DNA of 64,000 nucleotides from Patescibacteria group bacterium (GTDB lineage: Bacteria > Patescibacteriota > Patescibacteriia > UBA9570 > JAHJKD01), in assembly GCA_041660885.1 (NCBI GenBank), contig JBAZVM010000004.1:22423-86422 (forward strand), read 5' to 3'. Within the stretch, counting starts at the first letter, position 1. Every line of letters begins with the position of its first letter. Of this stretch, positions 1 to 8,160 are shown piece by piece. Position numbers and translations under genes: made by a program. Under the pieces are notes generated by a model. That model saw only the letters and a program-made list of their open reading frames with translations. It was not told the origin of the DNA and searched no databases.

Positions 1-1482
1 CGGCCCGGGTGCTTGGCGTTCGCAATAATTTTCCGGCGCTTTTAATACCCAATTCGGATCCACTAATTTACAAAAAGGGGAGTAAGTATCCGTCGTAGTA
101 GAATTTCCGTCATCGAATATATATTGGCATTCACCTACGCTGGTCGCGTCTCCGCCGCAAGCATCGTAACAATCCGTCACCTGTTTTAAACTGGGATTGT
201 CCGTAAGCTGCCCGCTACGAATAAATTCCGCGGCCAATTGCCAACCTACGGGTACGATTCTAAATTTTTTCAAAACTATGATGCCTCTATAGGAGATGCC
301 TTCCTCGGGATTAGTTACCTCGTCATCAGCCAATTTATACTCGGTATTTCCTTGCACTTCACTCATGTAATCTAAAAATTCTTGCACGCTCCATTTATTT
401 TCCGTGGCCACCTGCAAAGTAGAACCCATTACGCAATTATTGGAAGTAGCGCCATCCTCGGGGCAGCTACTTAGTTCGCTTAGCACATCATAAGTGCCGG
501 AAGTTACAAAATTAGGTTGCGCCAAAGAAGCGTAAACAGCCGTAGCCGCGCTTATACCTGAAGTGGTTCCTCCACTTGAACCGGCTACCAACGAAGCTAA
601 GTCCGCGCCTTGCGGGCTTAAGAAGCCCTCTTGAATGCGGTCTTCCAGCTTTGAAAACAAAGTATTCATGAAAATACTAGCCGCATCAGCTAAGGGCTGA
701 CCATATAATTTAAAAGAGTTTTCCGAAGCCACGCTTTGCGTTTGCGTCCACTGCTGTTCCACCATTTTACCGGGAGTTAAAATATATCCGCTTACTAATT
801 CCGTTTTTGCTTTAAAGTCGCCCATCTGTCTTTCTAATTTCGATTCTTCTTCCGCAGCGCTCATTTGTTCCACCACATAAGAAGATGACATAATGGCTTG
901 GCCCAAAGGATTGGCATTGGGATCCCATTGCGCGTTAACATATTTATCAAATTCCGGATCTTGGAAGAATTCATCCCAATTTCCGGAAAATTCAGAAAAT
1001 GTACAGGTGGGTTCATAAACATCAGACGGACCAAACTGATCTTCCAAAGAAAGGCCTAAAGATATTTGAAATGCTTCTGATGGTGGTTGGCATAGTTTAG
1101 CCGCGTCAAAACCAAACCCTTGTGCAAATGAATCTAGGGCCGCACCGCCAGCGGCGTCTGCCATACTACTCACATAATCTCCCGGGGAGGTATTAAAAAC
1201 CAAAGCTTCCTGGCCGTTGCCTCCGGACGCTATCCATGTGGCGCTATCATAAGCAAGCTTGCCCAATACGGCATTCATTACATTGCGCACTAAAGCATAG
1301 CCGGTTTGCGTTAAAGCTTTTTCAAGTTTGCTCCATATAGTATCGGTTGTCCCTTTTGCCAAATTAGCCGCATCAATAACAGGGAAGCCCTGCGCTTCGG
1401 TTACTTTTGGAATTAGAACCCCAGCTGATGTTGTACTGAACAATATTGCGATTATAAGTAAGCCGAGGATATTTTTTTTCAT
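1..1482 (-). CDS. secreted hypothetical protein, 3' end beyond window edge
   Basis: Absent from ORF track because there is no stop in the window. ATG at 1482..1480. Hand translation gives MKKNILGLLIIAILFSTTSAGVLIPKVTEAQG (Sec-type signal peptide) and stays open to nt 1 (494 codons). No family recognised. Confidence 0.6.
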   Translation of the reverse strand, partial: MKKNILGLLIIAILFSTTSAGVLIPKVTEAQGFPVIDAANLAKGTTDTIWSKLEKALTQTGYALVRNVMNAVLGKLAYDSATWIASGGNGQEALVFNTSPGDYVSSMADAAGGAALDSFAQGFGFDAAKLCQPPSEAFQISLGLSLEDQFGPSDVYEPTCTFSEFSGNWDEFFQDPEFDKYVNAQWDPNANPLGQAIMSSSYVVEQMSAAEEESKLERQMGDFKAKTELVSGYILTPGKMVEQQWTQTQSVASENSFKLYGQPLADAASIFMNTLFSKLEDRIQEGFLSPQGADLASLVAGSSGGTTSGISAATAVYASLAQPNFVTSGTYDVLSELSSCPEDGATSNNCVMGSTLQVATENKWSVQEFLDYMSEVQGNTEYKLADDEVTNPEEGISYRGIIVLKKFRIVPVGWQLAAEFIRSGQLTDNPSLKQVTDCYDACGGDATSVGECQYIFDDGNSTTTDTYSPFCKLVDPNWVLKAPENYCERQAPGP

Positions 1483-1488
1483 AATATA

Positions 1489-2307
1489 TTATTGATTTTG
1501 TTGTTGTAATGATTGCTGGAATATCGCCTGCAGCTGTTCATCGCTGACACCTTCAAAATCATTTTCTGTAAAATCTCCTGTGGCTATGAGCAACTCCTTT
1601 ATTTCCGCAGCTGATAATGCGCTTAAATCCTTTTCGCTGGTGGCATCGGATATACCATTGGTGTTTTCCGGTAATAATTCAGAATAGTCGCCATTGGTAT
1701 TTAAATTGGTTGCGGAAGTATTGCTGTTGGTGTCTTCACTGCCCACGGTTGACCCTGTTTCCGTTATTACTTCTTTATATAATTGCAATAAAGTGGCATC
1801 ATCCATACTATCTAGGGTAGCTTGTGGAACGCCATTTCTGGCAAGAACATCCCGAAGCTGCTCCGCTGTCATATCTTCCGCTTTCATCAGACCGTTGATA
1901 TTACTGTTCGCGTCTACAGTTTCCGTACGCGTTTGCAAGCATTCTTTGCCTTCCGGGCAGTTGGGATTAGTGCCATTTCTGATTTCTTCCGTATCGTTGA
2001 TATCATCGGAATCAGAATCAACTATATAGGGGCTTGTTTCATATTGATAAAGTTCATCGTAATCCGTTAAACCGTCTCCATCGGAATCTTGAGTTTTTAA
2101 AGCTAGCAATTCCTGCATTTGCAGTTCCTCGTTGGTTTTCTTATTTAAATCCGGAGAATATACACTGAAAGGATCTTTCAAACTCTGCTTAAAGTGCAAA
2201 AAGCCGAAAATTAACGCGACGATACCGATAAATGCGAAGATTCCCACTATTTGTTTATCGGTTTTGTCTATTTTTCCTTTTTTTTGTTTTTCTATACCGT
2301 ATTCCAT
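1489..2307 (-). CDS. membrane-anchored protein with thrombospondin type-3-like acidic repeats
   Basis: TM segment IVGIFAFIGIVALIFGFL. Acidic repeats DSDGDGLTDYDE and DSDSDDINDTEE. Low-complexity T/N/S-rich tail. Confidence 0.6.
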   Translation of the reverse strand: MEYGIEKQKKGKIDKTDKQIVGIFAFIGIVALIFGFLHFKQSLKDPFSVYSPDLNKKTNEELQMQELLALKTQDSDGDGLTDYDELYQYETSPYIVDSDSDDINDTEEIRNGTNPNCPEGKECLQTRTETVDANSNINGLMKAEDMTAEQLRDVLARNGVPQATLDSMDDATLLQLYKEVITETGSTVGSEDTNSNTSATNLNTNGDYSELLPENTNGISDATSEKDLSALSAAEIKELLIATGDFTENDFEGVSDEQLQAIFQQSLQQQNQ

Positions 2308-2358
2308 GAAAAGAAAAAGATATATTGTTCAAAGTTATGGCTATTATAGCACAAATTA

Positions 2359-3171
2359 CTATAGCTGGTCAAACAATAATATCCAATCTTTTAAACTTAA
2401 TTCCTGGGCGCGGCAATTGCTATTCAATTTGGCTGAAATTAGCATTTTTTCCACTTGTTTTTTATCCAATTTAAGGCCATTTTGCAGATTATTGCTTAAC
2501 TTTTTTCTTTTCGCGGAGAATCCCACGCGCAAAAGCTGGAAAAACTTTTTTATATCCTTGATATTCTCAGGCTGTTTAATGTTTTTTATCAACAGAATGG
2601 CACTGTCCACCTCCGGAACAGGTTGAAAGTCGTCTCGCGGAATGATATGCGCAATTTTCGGCTCACCGAACAATTGGACGGATAAAGAAAGCAAAGTATG
2701 GTGCCCGGGTTTGGCGCAAATGCGTTCGGCCACTTCCTTTTGCACTATTACGGCCATTAACTGGGGTCTTGGGCCAGTTTCCAGGAAATAGCGAAACACT
2801 AAAGAGGTAATATTATATGGCAAACTGGATACTATTTTAAAATTATTTAATCCAATTTCTTTGAAGTTAACTTTAAATATATCAGAATTAATCACTTCCA
2901 AGTTTTTATTGACTCCAGATAAATTTTTTAAAATGGGTAAAAAATTTCTATCCAGCTCCACGGCTAATACTCTTTTCGCTTGAGCGCATAAATCCGGGGT
3001 TAAGGCACCCAAACCCGGCCCAATTTCTAAAACAGTATCGTCTTTGGTTAATTCAGCCGAATCTATCAGCTTTTTCACCATTAAATCGTTCACTAAAAAA
3101 TTCTGGCCGCTTTCGCGCCGAGGTTTTATATGGTATTTACTAAGAAGATATTTTAACGCTGATCGGTCCAT
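2359..3171 (-). CDS. rsmA: 16S rRNA (adenine1518/1519-N6)-dimethyltransferase
   Basis: SGQNFL motif and SAM-binding VLEIGPGLGALT. Length 270 aa is typical of KsgA/RsmA. Confidence 0.9.
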   Translation of the reverse strand: MDRSALKYLLSKYHIKPRRESGQNFLVNDLMVKKLIDSAELTKDDTVLEIGPGLGALTPDLCAQAKRVLAVELDRNFLPILKNLSGVNKNLEVINSDIFKVNFKEIGLNNFKIVSSLPYNITSLVFRYFLETGPRPQLMAVIVQKEVAERICAKPGHHTLLSLSVQLFGEPKIAHIIPRDDFQPVPEVDSAILLIKNIKQPENIKDIKKFFQLLRVGFSAKRKKLSNNLQNGLKLDKKQVEKMLISAKLNSNCRAQELSLKDWILLFDQL

Positions 3172-3724
3172 GGCGTAGTACCCTTATAACCCCACATTTA
3201 AAATGTGGGGTTTTAGATGTTAAACATTCCACTATTGTTGATGGTTTTTGCTTTTTTAACGGGCCGACATCTAAAACAAAATCGACCCCATATAACCCCC
3301 CATTTAAAATGGGGAGTTTTCTGCCATCCTGTTTTATATGGTATATCGCCGGCTGGCCGGAAATATTCAGGCTGGTAGCCAGCAACGGCATGCCAACACC
3401 GCACGCCAATTGGCGTGCTATTTTATTCTTTGGCACGCGCACGGAATATTTCGGTGAAACCACAATGGAAACCGGGCCCGGCCAATATTTTTTGGCGATT
3501 TTTATCTGGCAGGCGTTTAATTTAAAATATTTTCTTACCTGCGCCAAGCTCGAAGCAATAATGGTAAATTTATCGTCTTTTCTTTTTTTTAAGCGTATTA
3601 TTCTTTCAATGGCTTTTATACTGGTAAATTTACAGCCAATAGCATACGCCGTGTCTGTGGGATAAACCGCCACGCCATTCTTTTTCAAGACCATAATAGC
3701 TTTGTTTATTGCGCTTTTTTGCAT
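3140..3724 (-). CDS. tsaC: L-threonylcarbamoyladenylate synthase, YrdC/TsaC family
   Basis: VAVYPTDTAYAIGC, KPSTIVE and IRVLRHGPIS motifs. Start moved to the internal ATG at 3724 (MQKSAINK). The longer ORF-track N-terminus runs into the neighbouring promoter region. The 3' end overlaps rsmA by 32 nt. Confidence 0.75.
   Translation of the reverse strand: MQKSAINKAIMVLKKNGVAVYPTDTAYAIGCKFTSIKAIERIIRLKKRKDDKFTIIASSLAQVRKYFKLNACQIKIAKKYWPGPVSIVVSPKYSVRVPKNKIARQLACGVGMPLLATSLNISGQPAIYHIKQDGRKLPILNGGLYGVDFVLDVGPLKKQKPSTIVECLTSKTPHFKCGVIRVLRHGPISVKISS
3185..3216. repeat. 32-nt hairpin repeat, copy A (inside tsaC)
   Basis: TATAACCCCACATTTAAAATGTGGGGTTTTAG. The core CCCCACATTTAAAATGTGGGG is a perfect inverted repeat. 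About 27/32 identical to copy B. Confidence 0.6.
3291..3322. repeat. 32-nt hairpin repeat, copy B (inside tsaC)
   Basis: TATAACCCCCCATTTAAAATGGGGAGTTTTCT. It is read in a different codon phase from copy A. Confidence 0.6.
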
Positions 3725-3752
3725 GTGTTTATTGTATCTAACAGATACGATT

Positions 3753-3780
3753 TTGTATAGATTAAAGCTTATGCTATAAT
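3753..3780 (+). promoter_or_regulatory. sigma70-like promoter of small GC-rich gene
   Basis: TTGTAT (3753-3758), 16 nt spacer, TATAAT (3775-3780). GGAGGA at 3795-3800 precedes the ATG at 3804. Confidence 0.5.
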
Positions 3781-3803
3781 CCTGTCGCTTCTTTGGAGGA
3801 AAC

Positions 3804-4067
3804 ATGATGGAAAGAAGGGATCTATTGAGGATTATCTGGGCCATTACGGCAAATGGTCCATGGGAAACTCTTGCAAAGGCAAGGGAGCTACTTCACATAC
3901 AAGGGGTAAATTCTGGCGATTTAGTGAATGCCGTTAACAACACCGCTACTCAGGACGAAGTCGCAGAGGCGCTCGTCAGGATGGCGGAACTGCTGATCGA
4001 AAATCGAGACCGGCTCCGGAGGAAGAGGGTTCGGTTCAAGGTGACGATCGAGGAGGTCGAAGAATGA
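3804..4067 (+). CDS. GC-rich small hypothetical protein (87 aa)
   Basis: Has its own promoter, a strong SD (GGAGGA) and a downstream stem-loop. Hand GC count is 37/60 for nt 3961-4020. Helical-looking sequence with a basic/acidic tail RDRLRRKRVRFKVTIEEVEE. No family recognised. Confidence 0.55.
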   Translation: MMERRDLLRIIWAITANGPWETLAKARELLHIQGVNSGDLVNAVNNTATQDEVAEALVRMAELLIENRDRLRRKRVRFKVTIEEVEE

Positions 4068-4083
4068 CAGGGGGGACAGAATC

Positions 4084-4111
4084 ACGAAGGCGCAAAGACA
4101 GGCCTTCGTGG
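4084..4111. terminator. GC stem-loop shared by convergent small gene and leuS
   Basis: CACGAAGGC (4084-4092) pairs with GCCTTCGTG (4103-4111). It lies between the stop at 4065-4067 and the leuS stop at 4114-4116. The U-tract is weak. Confidence 0.5.
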
Positions 4112-4113
4112 TT

Positions 4114-6498
4114 CTATACAACAATATTTAATAGCCTGCCTTTTACGTAAAATATTTTTTTCACTTTATTGCTGCCAATAAACTTTTGCACTTTTTCCGA
4201 AGCCATGGCCAATTCCTCTATTCTTTTCTGGTCAGAAATATGTTTGGCGTCTATCATAATCTTATCGCGTAGTTTGCCGTTTATTTGAATAATAATTTGC
4301 GCTTCTTTATCTTGAATCAAGGCTTTATCGTAATCCGGCCACCTTTCCAAGAAGATGCTTTTTTTATTTCCCAATAGTTCCCAAAGCTCTTCGGCCATGT
4401 GCGGGGCAAAAGGGGATAAAATTATTAAAAATTTTTCAAAATCCGATTTATATATTTTGTCTAAAGCCGACATCTCGTTGGTGAGAATCATCATTTGAGA
4501 AATGGCCGTATTAAAACCGAACCTTTCAATATCTTCGGACACTTTTTTTATGGTCTTATGCAGTATATTGCCCACAGCCTTGCCTTGCGCGTCTACCTTA
4601 TCTTGCAAGTGCCATACCCTATCTAAAAACCGATAAACGCCTTTAATGCTTTTCGTGTCCCATGGTTTTACCTCGGAAAAAGTGCCCATAAACATTTCAT
4701 AAAGCCGCAAAGTATCAGCGCCGTATTCTTTGATAACATCATCAGGATTAATCACATTCCCGCGGGACTTGCTCATTTTTTGGTGGTCTTCTCCCAAAAT
4801 CATGCCCTGGTTCATTAATTTCTGGTAAGGTTCGTTATGGTCTGCTTTTTCATCGATCTTTACATATCCTAAATCTTTTAAAACTTTATAAATAAAACGG
4901 GCGTAAATTAAATGCATGCAGGCGTGCTCCGCGCCGCCCACGTATAAATCCACGGGCATCCACTTTTTTAATTTCTCGTTGCTGGCGAACTCTTTTTCAT
5001 TGTGCGGATCGCAATAGCGTAGATAATACCAAGAAGAGCAGACAAAAGTGTCCATCGTGTCTACCTCGCGCCTAGCATCTTGCCCGCATTTCGGGCATTT
5101 TACCTGATGAAAAGTTTTAGATTTAACCAAAGGGGATTCGCCTTTCGGCTTGAAATCCACATCATCTGGCAGCTCTACGGGCAAATCTTTCTCCAGAACC
5201 GGCACTTCGCCGCATTTTTCACAATAAATTATAGGAATCGGCGCGCCCCAGTATCTTTGCCTGGAAATCAGCCAATCTTTTAATTTATATTGCGTTGTTA
5301 ATTTTCCGCCAACTTTTTCCGTAATATTTTTCTTGGCAATATTATTATCTAAATCATTAAATTCATCTGAATTAATAATTTTTCCTTCACCAGAATAACA
5401 ATCTTCCGAGCTATCTAAAACTTTTATAATTTCCAGTTTATATTTCTTGGCAAATTCAAAATCGCGCTCATCATGCGCGGGAACGGCCATAATGGCGCCG
5501 GTACCGTAAGAGGAAAGCACATAATCCGCCACCCAGATGGGAATCTTTTTTTTCGTGGCCGGATTAATGGCGTAAGCGCCGGTAAACACGCCGGTTTTTT
5601 CTTTGGCTAAATCGGTTCGCTCTAGCTCTGTTTTTTTTCTGGATTTTTTTAAATATTTTTCTACTTCTTTTTTTTGTTCTTGCGAAGTTATTTTAGAAAC
5701 CAGCTCATGTTCCGGAGCCAACACCATATAAGTAGCGCCGTAAAGCGTATCCGGTCTGGTGGTAAATACTTTAATTGAAAATTGAAAATTAGAAATTGAA
5801 AATTCTATTTCCGCGCCCTCTGATTTCCCGATCCAATTCTCCTGCATTAATTTAATGGGTTGGGGCCAATCTACATGTTTTAAGCCGTCTAATAATTTTT
5901 GCGCGTAAGCCGTGGTTTTGAAAAACCATTGCTCCAAATCTTTTTGCACCACGATATTTTTACAGCGTTCGCATTTGCCATCCTGCACTTGTTCGTTGGC
6001 CAGCACGGTTTTGCAAGACTCGCACCAGTTCACGGCCGCCTTTTTTTTGTACGCCAAACCGTTTTCATAAAGCTTTAAAAATATCCATTGCGTCCATTTA
6101 TAATATTCCGGATCAGCCGTGGATATTTCTCTATCCCAATCATAACTTAATCCTAAAGATTGAATCTGCTTTTTAAAGGTGGCAATGCTCTTTTTAGTGG
6201 TTTCTTTGGGGTGAATATGGCTTTTTATGGCAAAATTCTCTGCGGGCAAGCCAAAAGCGTCCCATCCCATGGGGTGGATAACCTCAAAACCCTTCATTCT
6301 TTTATAGCGGGAAACGATATCCGTGGCTGTGTATCCTTCCGGGTGGCCCACATGCAACCCGTAAGAAGAAGGATAGGGAAACATATCTAAACAATAAAAC
6401 TTCTCTTTTTTTGATGAGTCCAAAGCGCTAAAAGACTCGGTTTTAAGCCACTTTTTCTGCCATTTTCCTTCGATTTTCTGCGGGTTATATTTCTTCAT
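4114..6498 (-). CDS. leuS: leucyl-tRNA synthetase
   Basis: HIGH-type motif HVGHPEGY, KMSKS motif KMSKSRGN and the editing-domain signature TTRPDT. 794 aa. Confidence 0.97.
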   Translation of the reverse strand: MKKYNPQKIEGKWQKKWLKTESFSALDSSKKEKFYCLDMFPYPSSYGLHVGHPEGYTATDIVSRYKRMKGFEVIHPMGWDAFGLPAENFAIKSHIHPKETTKKSIATFKKQIQSLGLSYDWDREISTADPEYYKWTQWIFLKLYENGLAYKKKAAVNWCESCKTVLANEQVQDGKCERCKNIVVQKDLEQWFFKTTAYAQKLLDGLKHVDWPQPIKLMQENWIGKSEGAEIEFSISNFQFSIKVFTTRPDTLYGATYMVLAPEHELVSKITSQEQKKEVEKYLKKSRKKTELERTDLAKEKTGVFTGAYAINPATKKKIPIWVADYVLSSYGTGAIMAVPAHDERDFEFAKKYKLEIIKVLDSSEDCYSGEGKIINSDEFNDLDNNIAKKNITEKVGGKLTTQYKLKDWLISRQRYWGAPIPIIYCEKCGEVPVLEKDLPVELPDDVDFKPKGESPLVKSKTFHQVKCPKCGQDARREVDTMDTFVCSSWYYLRYCDPHNEKEFASNEKLKKWMPVDLYVGGAEHACMHLIYARFIYKVLKDLGYVKIDEKADHNEPYQKLMNQGMILGEDHQKMSKSRGNVINPDDVIKEYGADTLRLYEMFMGTFSEVKPWDTKSIKGVYRFLDRVWHLQDKVDAQGKAVGNILHKTIKKVSEDIERFGFNTAISQMMILTNEMSALDKIYKSDFEKFLIILSPFAPHMAEELWELLGNKKSIFLERWPDYDKALIQDKEAQIIIQINGKLRDKIMIDAKHISDQKRIEELAMASEKVQKFIGSNKVKKIFYVKGRLLNIVV

Positions 6499-6506
6499 AT
6501 TTATTA

Positions 6507-6534
6507 ATTCTATCAGATTTCCACAGATTGTCTA
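6507..6534 (-). promoter_or_regulatory. putative leuS promoter (near-leaderless)
   Basis: On the minus strand: TAGACA (6534-6529), 16 nt spacer, TAGAAT (6512-6507). The -10 box ends 8 nt before the leuS ATG at 6498. Confidence 0.45.
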
Positions 6535-6537
6535 TTA

Positions 6538-6586
6538 TTGGCTAACTTTAGCCAAATTTTTTCCAAGCAATGGCTAATATTAGCCA
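6538..6586. promoter_or_regulatory. two GGCTAA/TTAGCC palindromes (candidate operator)
   Basis: TTGGCTAA-CT-TTAGCCAA at 6538-6555 and the perfect 16-nt palindrome TGGCTAATATTAGCCA at 6571-6586. The first lies 3 nt upstream of the putative leuS -35. Confidence 0.4.
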
Positions 6587-6614
6587 AAAAAAGCGCAAAA
6601 AGTGGATATAATGA

Positions 6615-6643
6615 TTGACATTTAGAGTTTACGATGATATTAT
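6615..6643 (+). promoter_or_regulatory. sigma70-like promoter for LysM/M23 peptidase gene
   Basis: TTGACA (6615-6620), 17 nt spacer, TATTAT (6638-6643). This implies a leader of about 185 nt before the GTG at 6833. Confidence 0.5.
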
Positions 6644-6832
6644 ATCGGCTGCTCTTCTATAAACGGAAGAGTTTATTAATAAATAAGGTGGTAGTTTTGG
6701 CTCGGTTTAAAGCTTAATTCCAGTACCGGAGTAACCAAGGCAGAGCTGCTGCTAACAAAGGATAATAATACGAGTATCCATATCAAGAAGTTTATCCTTG
6801 AGCTAACCATAAAATTAATTGCCATTTTAAAA

Positions 6833-8110
6833 GTGGCGGTTAAGTACGGGAAGATTGTGCTTGTTTTGATTTTCAAACCCTTCTTGGGGTTATGGAAATT
6901 CATATTAAAGCCCATTACTTTGCGCGCTTACCAATCTTATTTAAAATTAAAAAGTAAAATAGATAAATCCCCCATCTTGAAAAGCAAAATCGGATTTGTC
7001 TTATATAACCGCAACGTCATTTACGTCATATTAGTGATTATCACCCTTTTCGTGGCCAGCACCAATTTAATTTTGGCTAAAGACACAAAAAGAGAAGACG
7101 TCGCTAAAAAAAGCAACTTATACAAATTAGTGCAGCCCACCTTGGGCGTTGGCGACGAAGAAATCGTGGAAAAAGCCAACATGAACAAACAGCAAACCAA
7201 TTATGTGGACACCAGTTCCAACTTGGTGGCGGTTATTCCTGAAATCGCGGAAAAGGACGAGACCAACAGCCAAGTAATGCTTTTAGGCGAAGGCACCACG
7301 CTGGCCAGTTCTACTGTATTGGAAAAAGACTATTCTTTAAAACGCTCCGGTATTATTGAATATACCATTGAAGATGGAGACACCATCAGCATGATCGCGG
7401 AAAGATTCAGCGTTTCCGTAAGCACTCTTTATTGGGCTAATAATTTAAATAGCTCAAGTTATATCCAACCGGGAAAAACTTTAAAAATTCCTCCTGGTTC
7501 CGGTGTTATTCATAAAGTTGTTTCCGGAGACACTTTGGATTCTATTATCAATAAATATAGCGGTAATAAGGAATTAACCATAAAATATAACGATATCGGC
7601 AGCGATGAAATGATTGCCGTGGGCACGGAATTACTTGTGGCCGATGGCACCCCTCCGCCCCCTCCGACTCCCGTGGTTAAAACTCCTTCTACTACTATCA
7701 GCAATTCTTGGGGCAGTTTCTTCCAGCCGACCAACAATTCCAATGTAACTACTGGAACTTTAAACTGGCCTTCCGCTTGTCATTCTATCAGCCAGAACCC
7801 GAGATGGGGCCATATCGCTATCGATGTTAATTGCGCTTCCGGCACTCCTATATACGCGGCTGAATCCGGTACGGCTACCGTTATCCCGAACAGGGGCAAT
7901 GGCTATGGCAACTATATAATCATCAACCATGGCAACGGCATGCAAACATTATATGGCCACATGACAGGCTTTGCCGTAAGCAATGGCCAATATGTTACCA
8001 GGGGCCAACAAATCGGTTATGAAGGATCAACCGGTTGGTCTACTGGACCGCACTTGCACTTCGAGGTAAAAATAAACGGCGCCAATCAAAATCCTTGGAA
8101 CTATTTGTAA
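6833..8110 (+). CDS. LysM-domain M23 family metallopeptidase
   Basis: N-terminal TM anchor and two LysM-like segments (YTIEDGDTISMIAERF, HKVVSGDTLDSIINKY). M23 motifs HIAIDV, YGNYIIINHGNGMQTLYGHM and GPHLHFEV. GTG start. Confidence 0.9.
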   Translation: MAVKYGKIVLVLIFKPFLGLWKFILKPITLRAYQSYLKLKSKIDKSPILKSKIGFVLYNRNVIYVILVIITLFVASTNLILAKDTKREDVAKKSNLYKLVQPTLGVGDEEIVEKANMNKQQTNYVDTSSNLVAVIPEIAEKDETNSQVMLLGEGTTLASSTVLEKDYSLKRSGIIEYTIEDGDTISMIAERFSVSVSTLYWANNLNSSSYIQPGKTLKIPPGSGVIHKVVSGDTLDSIINKYSGNKELTIKYNDIGSDEMIAVGTELLVADGTPPPPPTPVVKTPSTTISNSWGSFFQPTNNSNVTTGTLNWPSACHSISQNPRWGHIAIDVNCASGTPIYAAESGTATVIPNRGNGYGNYIIINHGNGMQTLYGHMTGFAVSNGQYVTRGQQIGYEGSTGWSTGPHLHFEVKINGANQNPWNYL

Positions 8111-8116
8111 GATAAA

Positions 8117-8148
8117 CAAAAACCCCGCCATCGTGGCGGGGTTTTTTA
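8117..8148. terminator. bidirectional intrinsic terminator
   Basis: A-run, ACCCCGCCA-TCG-TGGCGGGGT, then a T-run, between convergent genes. Confidence 0.8.
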
Positions 8149-8160
8149 TTTTCGAAATAA

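Noticed and set aside
4012-4034. GGCTCCGGAGGAAGAGGGTTCGG resembles the SRP RNA helix-8 motif GGUCCGGAAGGAAGCAGCC.
   Set aside because: The match is imperfect (GGAG loop, missing G, wrong 3' arm). No extended helix 5/8 pairing is visible. The segment lies inside an ORF with its own promoter and SD.
6650-6832. Possible riboswitch (for example the c-di-AMP ydaO class) in the leader of about 185 nt before the LysM/M23 peptidase gene.
   Set aside because: Only one short hairpin (CTCTTC-N8-GAAGAG, 6652-6671) is evident. None of the conserved ydaO sequence blocks could be recognised by eye. A cmscan run would be needed.
6676-6915. 79-aa minus-strand ORF overlapping the start of the M23 peptidase gene and its leader.
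   Set aside because: It overlaps a well-supported gene and its 5' leader, has no signals, and has a low-complexity hydrophobic sequence.
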